Part shown: piece by piece, positions 27,331 to 33,365 of the stretch
Layout: every line of letters begins with the position of its first letter
Numbering within the stretch: the first letter of the stretch is position 1
DNA from: an uncultured archaeon
GTDB taxonomy: Archaea > Asgardarchaeota > Thorarchaeia > Thorarchaeales > Thorarchaeaceae
Assembly (NCBI GenBank): GCA_964473825.1
Contig: CAYYQL010000027.1
Location: forward strand, 1-33,365
Length of the DNA stretch: 33,365 nt
Reading direction: 5' to 3'
Made by a program: the position numbers and the translations under genes
Notes under the pieces: generated by a model
The model's input: only the letters and a program-made list of their open reading frames with translations
Told to the model about the DNA's origin: nothing
Databases searched by the model: none

Positions 27331-28418
27331 ATAAGAAGTGGGTCGAGGAACTCTTGAGAACTCGACAAACGACGTCCTCCTATCTGACGCCAGGAACTGG
27401 TTTGACCGAGACCTGCATGCAGAGCTGTACCAAATTCGACTCCAATGAGAATCTGTTTGTGCCTGATACTCTGCTTCGTACTCTGGCCCAACGAGCAGTT
27501 CAGAGATCGGATATGAGGTTGTACCCTGGGAACGAATATGTGGAGCTCAAAGAAGCCATATCAGGATACGCGCATGTCTCGACAGAATCCATCGTCTTGG
27601 GAAGCGGAGCAGACCAGCTGATCTACCTTCTTACAGCAGCGAGTCTATCAAGGGGAGGGGCTTGTGGCGTACTGCAGCCCACCTTCTCAATGTACGAGGT
27701 TGCAGCAGGATTGATGAATGCAAACTGCATCAAGCTTGAACTAGACCACTGCTTCTCCTTCGACGAGCAGGAGTTTCTCAGATTGACAGATGGGCGAGCT
27801 CGGATCATCTTCCTTTGCTCACCGAACAACCCCACTGGTAATGCATTCAACGAGGAGAAGATAGCTATCCTCGCAGAAGAGACCGAAGCGATAGTGGTCA
27901 TAGATGAGGCCTATGCCGAGTTCGATTCATGTGGACTGGCTCATCTCGTTGATTCCTATGACAATGTCATCATACTAAGAACATTCTCGAAGTACTTCGG
28001 CCTTGCGGGATTACGAGTTGGTTATTGCGTTACGAACGAGGAGCTGGCTGTTACTATCAATGAGAGTATCCAGCAGCCCTATCCTCTAGGTTGTATCTCA
28101 GCAGCGATTGCAACAGAAGCGCTTCTTATCGAAGATCAGTTCAGGGCTTTCGCACGCACCATGAAGGAGGAGCGAAAGAATCTACTGTCCTCCCTCGAAT
28201 CGATGGACAGAGTTACACCCTTTCCATCACAGGCGAATTTCGTTATGTTCTCAACCGAACAGGCACTTGAAGATGTCTGGCGAGGCCTTATGGAGAGAGG
28301 TTTCTCAATCCGGCGAATCGGACCGGTGAGTGGTTGGAAGGATTGCTTGCGTGTCACAGTGGGACCGCAGTCAGTGATGAAAGGTTTTCTCCAGGCTCTA
28401 GAGGAGGTTGTAGCATGA
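27327..28418 (+). CDS. hisC: Histidinol-phosphate aminotransferase
   Basis: SNEN, YP, G.D..I, PTFSMY, SPNNPTG, DEAY.EF, RTFSKYFGLAGLRVGY. ATGA overlap with hisD. Confidence 0.95.
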   Translation: MNKKWVEELLRTRQTTSSYLTPGTGLTETCMQSCTKFDSNENLFVPDTLLRTLAQRAVQRSDMRLYPGNEYVELKEAISGYAHVSTESIVLGSGADQLIYLLTAASLSRGGACGVLQPTFSMYEVAAGLMNANCIKLELDHCFSFDEQEFLRLTDGRARIIFLCSPNNPTGNAFNEEKIAILAEETEAIVVIDEAYAEFDSCGLAHLVDSYDNVIILRTFSKYFGLAGLRVGYCVTNEELAVTINESIQQPYPLGCISAAIATEALLIEDQFRAFARTMKEERKNLLSSLESMDRVTPFPSQANFVMFSTEQALEDVWRGLMERGFSIRRIGPVSGWKDCLRVTVGPQSVMKGFLQALEEVVA

Positions 28419-28990
28419 GAAAGGGTAAGAGTTCCAGGAAGACACTCGAAACTGAGATTACGGTTCAGGTCGACATGGATGGATCCGGGAAGGCACAACT
28501 GGATGCCGAGCTGCCATTCCTGCAGCACATGCTTACAACCCTTGCCAAACACAGTGGATTTGACCTGATGCTCATGGCCCGAGGGGACCTTCCACATCAC
28601 ATCGTTGAAGATATTGCAATCGTCCTTGGTCGTGCCCTAGGCATTGCGGTCAAGAAGAATGAGCAGATTGCACGATTTGGGAACGCCATCATCCCAATGG
28701 ATGACGCCCTTGTTCTGTGTGCTGTGGACCTCGCCTCAAGGCCGTTTGCAGACGTAGAACTGCACTTCGGATCCCCAACCTTGGGTTCTACGCGCACTGA
28801 GGACATCATCCATTTCTTCCGGACTCTGGCACATTCGATTCCTGCAAACATACACATCCTCCAGTTACGAGGAGAGAATGACCATCACATCGCTGAAGCG
28901 GCATTCAAGGCTCTTGCCATATCAGTCAAGACCGCAGTGGGCATCACGAACGAAGGGGGAATTCCCTCAACAAAGGGGGTCTTTGATTGA
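28415..28990 (+). CDS. hisB: Imidazoleglycerol-phosphate dehydratase (monofunctional)
   Basis: R.T.ET.I, HML, HHIVED, PMDDAL, NDHHIAEAAFKA, PSTKG. ATGA overlap with hisC and GAGGAGG upstream. Confidence 0.96.
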   Translation: MRKGKSSRKTLETEITVQVDMDGSGKAQLDAELPFLQHMLTTLAKHSGFDLMLMARGDLPHHIVEDIAIVLGRALGIAVKKNEQIARFGNAIIPMDDALVLCAVDLASRPFADVELHFGSPTLGSTRTEDIIHFFRTLAHSIPANIHILQLRGENDHHIAEAAFKALAISVKTAVGITNEGGIPSTKGVFD

Positions 28991-29592
28991 CAGACGTTGC
29001 GGTTCTTGACTACGGTGCAGGAAACCTCATGAGCATAGGGCAAGGACTCAAACGGGCTGGACTCACACCTGTGTTTATCGCGGAACCTCCTAATCACTTT
29101 GAACACCATGCGGCAATAGTACCGGGTGTGGGCAACTACGGCCAAGCGATGTCCAGGCTCGATGAGTTCCGCGACTGGCTGTCCCAGTTGATTAGGCAAA
29201 GAACTCCGATACTAGGGATATGTCTCGGAATGCAGGTCCTCTTTGACTTCAGCGAAGAATCCCATGGTCAGGGTCTGTCCATACTCTCCGGGCCTGTCGC
29301 ACGTCTACCCAGTACGATTAGAGTCCCCCATATGGGGTGGAACACGATCCAGATCCGTTCTGAGAGCAGACTCCTCAGTGGCATGGACAAAGTCAGAGCC
29401 TACTTCGTGCATTCTTACTACGTACAACCCTCAGACGAATCCATCGTCAAAGGTACTACAGAGTACGGTATCCTGTTTCCATCTGTGATTGAATCAGGTT
29501 CAGTGTATGGCACACAGTTTCATCCCGAGAAGTCGGGAGAAGTGGGACGACAGATACTGATGAACTTCGCTTCAGTTGTCAGGGGTCGGTAA
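28987..29592 (+). CDS. hisH: Imidazole glycerol phosphate synthase, glutaminase subunit
   Basis: DYGAGN, PGVG, GICLGMQ, VPHMGWN, YFVHSY, QFHPEKS. TTGA overlap with hisB. Confidence 0.96.
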   Translation: MTDVAVLDYGAGNLMSIGQGLKRAGLTPVFIAEPPNHFEHHAAIVPGVGNYGQAMSRLDEFRDWLSQLIRQRTPILGICLGMQVLFDFSEESHGQGLSILSGPVARLPSTIRVPHMGWNTIQIRSESRLLSGMDKVRAYFVHSYYVQPSDESIVKGTTEYGILFPSVIESGSVYGTQFHPEKSGEVGRQILMNFASVVRGR

Positions 29593-29593
29593 A

Positions 29594-30322
29594 ATGGATA
29601 TCATTCCTGCTATCGACATACTGGACGGGTCGGTTGTCAGACTGACCAAAGGGAAACGAACAATGCGAAAAACATACGGTCACTTTCGAGATCCAGCTGA
29701 GGCCTTGTCACACTGGCAAACTCTTGGTGCGAAAACCATTCATGTTGTGGATCTCAATGGAGCATTTGGGGATGGAGATAACTCCGCAATAATCAATCGA
29801 CTTGCTAATCTATGCAAAGTGAAACTGCAAATAGGCGGAGGTATTCGGACGATTCAGATTGCTAGGGATTACTTGAAAATTGTCGATGCATCCATCGTGC
29901 TTGGCTCATTACTCTTTGAAGCCCCAGATGTCGTTACAGCATTGCTAGCGGAAACCGAACCCCATCGAGTCATTGCTGCTCTAGACTACCTCGAGGGCAG
30001 GGTCTTCGTGCGCGGATGGAAGAAGGCCACCTCAGAGACACCCTACACGGCGATTGAGGATCTGATGAAACGGGGCATGGACCGCTTTATTCTCACGGAC
30101 ATATCTCGAGATGGTACGCTGAGGGGACCTGATGTTAATTTCCTGAAAAATGTCTGTCGTCGATTCGAGGCTTCGTTCATTGCCGCAGGAGGAATCTCAA
30201 CCCTGAAAGACCTCGAGGCTTTGAGAGATGCTGGCGTCTGGGGAGCCATAATAGGCAAGGCACTCTATGAAGGTAATCTCACAATGCAACAGGCCTTAGA
30301 TGTGGCAAGGAGCGATTGGTGA
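29594..30322 (+). CDS. hisA: ProFAR isomerase
   Basis: [48 protein letters not shown]. Confidence 0.96.
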   Translation: MDIIPAIDILDGSVVRLTKGKRTMRKTYGHFRDPAEALSHWQTLGAKTIHVVDLNGAFGDGDNSAIINRLANLCKVKLQIGGGIRTIQIARDYLKIVDASIVLGSLLFEAPDVVTALLAETEPHRVIAALDYLEGRVFVRGWKKATSETPYTAIEDLMKRGMDRFILTDISRDGTLRGPDVNFLKNVCRRFEASFIAAGGISTLKDLEALRDAGVWGAIIGKALYEGNLTMQQALDVARSDW

Positions 30323-31092
30323 TGACTCTCTCAAAGAGGATAATCCCATGTCTAGATATAGACGGCGGACGTGTTGTGAAGGGAATCAACTTCAGAGACC
30401 TCAAAGACGCCGGAGATCCTGTAGAGCTCGCAATCAGATATCGAGATGCAGGAGCTGATGAACTCGTATTCCTTGATGTGAGTGCGACCAATGAAAATCG
30501 CAAAACAGCTCTATCTGTGGTCAAGAATGTCGGTAAGGTGCTGGACATTCCTTTCGCTGTGGGTGGTGGAATCCAATCAACTCAAGATGCACGATTGATT
30601 CTCACCAATGGGGCTGACAAGATTGCGATAAACTCGGCAGCCGTTCGAAAGCCAGATCTCATTACAAATCTCTCTCATGCCTTCGGTCGTCAATGCGTAG
30701 TTGTCGCGATTGATGCAAAGCGATGGAGGCCTCAAGCGGGGAAATCTTTTCAGGTTTTTATCAATGGAGGCCGGAATCCTACAGGAATCGATGCTAAGGA
30801 ATGGGCTGAGCAGGCAGAGGCTCTCGGCGCAGGTGAGATTCTGCTCACTTCAATGGACCGGGATGGCACTAAGAAAGGGTATGATATTCCGATGACGAAG
30901 GCTATTTGCGACGCAGTCTCCATCCCTGTAATTGCAAGCGGCGGAGCAGGTTCTCCAGAAGACTTTGCGGAAGTTTTCGAATACACCGAAGCAACTGCTG
31001 CTCTTGCGGCATCAATCTTTCACTACTCGTCGCATCCTGTGCCAGTTGTCAAATCCTACTTGAAGACAAGAGGCTTGGAGGTGAGAATCTGA
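30322..31092 (+). CDS. hisF: Imidazole glycerol phosphate synthase, cyclase subunit
   Basis: KRIIPCLD...[49 protein letters not shown]. Confidence 0.97.
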   Translation: MTLSKRIIPCLDIDGGRVVKGINFRDLKDAGDPVELAIRYRDAGADELVFLDVSATNENRKTALSVVKNVGKVLDIPFAVGGGIQSTQDARLILTNGADKIAINSAAVRKPDLITNLSHAFGRQCVVVAIDAKRWRPQAGKSFQVFINGGRNPTGIDAKEWAEQAEALGAGEILLTSMDRDGTKKGYDIPMTKAICDAVSIPVIASGGAGSPEDFAEVFEYTEATAALAASIFHYSSHPVPVVKSYLKTRGLEVRI

Positions 31093-31097
31093 AATCA

Positions 31098-31418
31098 TTG
31101 AAGCTTGAAGAATTAGACTTTGAGAAAATGAACGGACTCCTTCCCGTTGTTGTTCAAGATGCTGATACCATGGAGGTCCTAACACTTGCCTACACCAATC
31201 TCGAGGCCTTATCACGCACCATGGAAACAGGCTATGCCCACTTCTACCGGCGCTCAAAGAAGAAAGTCATGAAGAAAGGAATAACGTCTGGCAACGTTCA
31301 ATTTGTCCAGAGAATCCTCACAGACTGTGACCAAGACTCGCTAGTCTTCTTAGTTGAGAAGACTGGGCCGGCGTGTCACAAGGGATACAATTCCTGCTTC
31401 TATCTGGCGGTAGAATAG
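31098..31418 (+). CDS. hisI: Phosphoribosyl-AMP cyclohydrolase (HisI only, no HisE domain)
   Basis: LDFEKMNGLLPVVVQD, KG.TSGN.Q, DCDQD, PACH..YNSCF. TTG start at 31098 inferred. Confidence 0.92.
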   Translation: MKLEELDFEKMNGLLPVVVQDADTMEVLTLAYTNLEALSRTMETGYAHFYRRSKKKVMKKGITSGNVQFVQRILTDCDQDSLVFLVEKTGPACHKGYNSCFYLAVE

Positions 31419-31469
31419 CTTGATGTATCGTTAGTATGAATCTGGGGGCGGGAAGGAACGACAGACCGC

Positions 31470-32441
31470 TCAGGAGGTCCTCTCTTCTGCCTCTCTGTAG
31501 AACCTATCGAAGAGGAGGTCTAGGTCCAAATTCCCTCCACTAATGATGACACCAACGCGATGATCTCTGATATCGTCTCGTTTCTTGAGAGCGGCTGCCA
31601 GAGAAACGGCTCCTGAGGGCTCAACAACAAGCTTCATACGCTCCCACAGGAGCCGCATGGCATCGACGATTTCTATCTCAGAGACCCTCACTATTTCATC
31701 TACATTCTCCATTATAATTGGGAAAGTCTTTGTGCCAAGCGAGGTCTTCAGGCCGTCAGCAAGCGTGTTTGGGTTTATGCTAGGTAGAAGCTCACCCGAT
31801 GTGAACGATCGATATGCATCGTCAGCGTTTGCGGGTTCAGCTCCGACGACTCTAGCATCAGGTAGAAGGCCCTTCGTTGCTATCGAGGTGCCACTCAGCA
31901 GACCTCCCCCTCCTACAGGAGCGAAGACGTAGTTTAGAACACCAGCTTCGCGAATCAGCTCATAGGCGGCTGTCCCGGCCCCGGCTATTATACGTTCATC
32001 ATTGTAGGGATGAATCAAGGGGTATCCATGCTTGTCGATGAGCTCTTGGGTTGTGGTTTCTCGCCCTTCAAGGGTCGGTTCACAGAAGACCACGTTTGCA
32101 CCGTAGCCTCTGGTGGCATCGACCTTCACTTGTGGCGAGTTGGAGGGCATCACTATTGTCACCTCTATCCCGAGAATCCTACCCGCCAGAGAAAGGGCCT
32201 GTGCATGGTTTCCGCTTGAGTGGGCAATGACGCCACGTTTAGCCTCAGCGTCGGACAGCTGTGAGAGTGTGTTGAATGCCCCACGGAACTTGAAGGCGCC
32301 ACCTCGCTGGAGATTCTCGCACTTAAAATAGAGCGAGCAGCCCGCCATGCTATCGATGGTAGAAGAGGTCATGACGGGAGTGCGGTTGGCTATGTCACGT
32401 ATTCTCTCGTATGCCTCTTTGATGTCTGTCAACTCGACCAT
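31470..32441 (-). CDS. Fold-type II PLP enzyme: serine racemase / Ser-Thr dehydratase / threo-3-hydroxyaspartate ammonia-lyase family, no ACT domain
   Basis: KCENLQRGGAFKFRGA, HSSGNHAQA, PVGGGGLLSG, TLADGL, VVEPSGA, IISGGN. Start at MVEL (32441). Confidence 0.9.
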   Translation of the reverse strand: MVELTDIKEAYERIRDIANRTPVMTSSTIDSMAGCSLYFKCENLQRGGAFKFRGAFNTLSQLSDAEAKRGVIAHSSGNHAQALSLAGRILGIEVTIVMPSNSPQVKVDATRGYGANVVFCEPTLEGRETTTQELIDKHGYPLIHPYNDERIIAGAGTAAYELIREAGVLNYVFAPVGGGGLLSGTSIATKGLLPDARVVGAEPANADDAYRSFTSGELLPSINPNTLADGLKTSLGTKTFPIIMENVDEIVRVSEIEIVDAMRLLWERMKLVVEPSGAVSLAAALKKRDDIRDHRVGVIISGGNLDLDLLFDRFYREAEERTS

Positions 32442-32575
32442 ATACAAAAGGCGATCTAGCCGCGTGAAAAGCCTTACTAGACTTCGCAATTGGTTAAAAG
32501 GGCCTGACCATAAGAACGAGATAATCATCCGAGAGTATGTTGGAGGAGGTTTCTCCAAACCGAGGTTGAGCTGGA

Positions 32576-33067
32576 ATGAGAGGAATACGCAGACGTGAGA
32601 AGGAGATCACCGAACGGCCGGAAATAATACGGATTCTAAAGAGGGCAAACTACATTACTCTTGCAATGTGCGAAGATAATGCGCCCTACCTTGTAACTCT
32701 TTCACATGGCTATGATGAGGCTAGGAACGAGCTCTACTTCCACTGCGCTCAGGAGGGAAAGAAGGTCGACATTTTGAACAAGAACAGTGTCGTGTGGGGA
32801 CAGGCCATGATTGATCATGGATATGTCCAAGGCAAATGTGACCATCTCTACGAGTCAGTCCACTTCAAGGGGCATGTCAAGTTCATTGATGATGTTGAGG
32901 AGAAGCGCCGTGCTCTAGAAGTGATGATCCGCCAGCTTGACCAGACGCCAGAGAAAGTTGTAGCTGATCAGCTCACTCCAGATTCAATCAGGCGTGTGAA
33001 GATAGGAAAAGTCGAGATTGATTACCTGACAGGAAAGAAATCAAAACAGGTCATCATCTCGATGTGA
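32576..33067 (+). CDS. Pyridoxamine 5'-phosphate oxidase-like / NimA-family flavin-binding protein
   Basis: RRREKEI...I..IL, PYLV.LS.G, LYFHCA.EG.K, YESV...G, TGK pattern. Confidence 0.85.
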   Translation: MRGIRRREKEITERPEIIRILKRANYITLAMCEDNAPYLVTLSHGYDEARNELYFHCAQEGKKVDILNKNSVVWGQAMIDHGYVQGKCDHLYESVHFKGHVKFIDDVEEKRRALEVMIRQLDQTPEKVVADQLTPDSIRRVKIGKVEIDYLTGKKSKQVIISM

Positions 33068-33071
33068 GCGT

Positions 33072-33365
33072 CTACTTCTCGAACCTGTCCCACGATACGA
33101 TGTCATCAATATCCCGTCTGTTGCTGGTTCGCTCTTGGTCGGGATAGCCCAATGACACGGAACAGATGACACGTAACTGTTCCGGAATATCTAGTATTTC
33201 TCTGAACTTCGGCTCTATATTGGTGTCGCGAACTCCCATCCAGCATGTGCCCAAGCCCTCCGCATATGCTGCTAGAAGCATATTTTGCACAGCTTGGTGA
33301 GGATCTGCTAGGTGATACCTAGGGTGTTTGTCTGGGTCTCCCAAGGCCACAATGACCACGGGTGA
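33072..33365 (-). CDS. Nitroreductase family protein (5'-truncated by window edge)
   Basis: AVQNMLLAAYAEGLGTCWMG...LGYP...RR C-terminal nitroreductase signature. Confidence 0.88.
   Translation of the reverse strand, partial: SPVVIVALGDPDKHPRYHLADPHQAVQNMLLAAYAEGLGTCWMGVRDTNIEPKFREILDIPEQLRVICSVSLGYPDQERTSNRRDIDDIVSWDRFEK

Noticed and set aside
1-33365. Numerous antisense and alternate-frame ORFs of 60-260 aa in the ORF track; selenocysteine (TGA) readthrough; CRISPR, tRNA, rRNA or IS elements
   Set aside because: The shadow ORFs overlap well-supported genes and lack motifs. No recognised enzyme appears interrupted by an in-frame TGA. No repeat-spacer array, cloverleaf, transposase or terminal inverted repeats were seen by eye; tRNAscan-SE and Infernal would be needed to be sure.

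Overview
Gene-dense archaeal chromosomal segment. The PAS/histidine-kinase style, frequent TTG/GTG starts, TATA-like promoters, TrpB2 and a DinB with a PCNA-binding motif suggest an Asgard archaeon, possibly Thorarchaeia; this is inference only. In order it holds: a PAS histidine kinase with a C-terminal CxxC thioredoxin-like domain; an ArsR/SmtB regulator plus P1B heavy-metal ATPase; a frameshifted membrane/ABC-permease-like gene; sfsA; a polytopic membrane protein with a degenerate kinase tail; dinB; two multi-PAS histidine kinases; a six-gene catabolic-looking cluster (GPH/MFS transporter, IolD-like ThDP enzyme, IlvD-family dehydratase, Gfo/Idh/MocA oxidoreductase, anaerobic sulfatase maturase, Cys-type sulfatase); trpB2; a hisGDCBHAFI operon; a serine racemase/dehydratase-like PLP enzyme; a PNPOx/NimA-like flavin protein; and a partial nitroreductase. 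The most notable unannotated signal is the region upstream of trpB2. There, a 10-bp-phased array of TGTACA-like 'TRP boxes' abuts a TATA box and is followed by a 17-codon leader ORF (MASVYAYQWHWGPRGPV) with two Trp codons, a GNRA-capped hairpin and a U-rich tract. This is a candidate archaeal tryptophan system combining repression with leader-peptide attenuation. No rRNA, tRNA, CRISPR array or mobile element was recognised.
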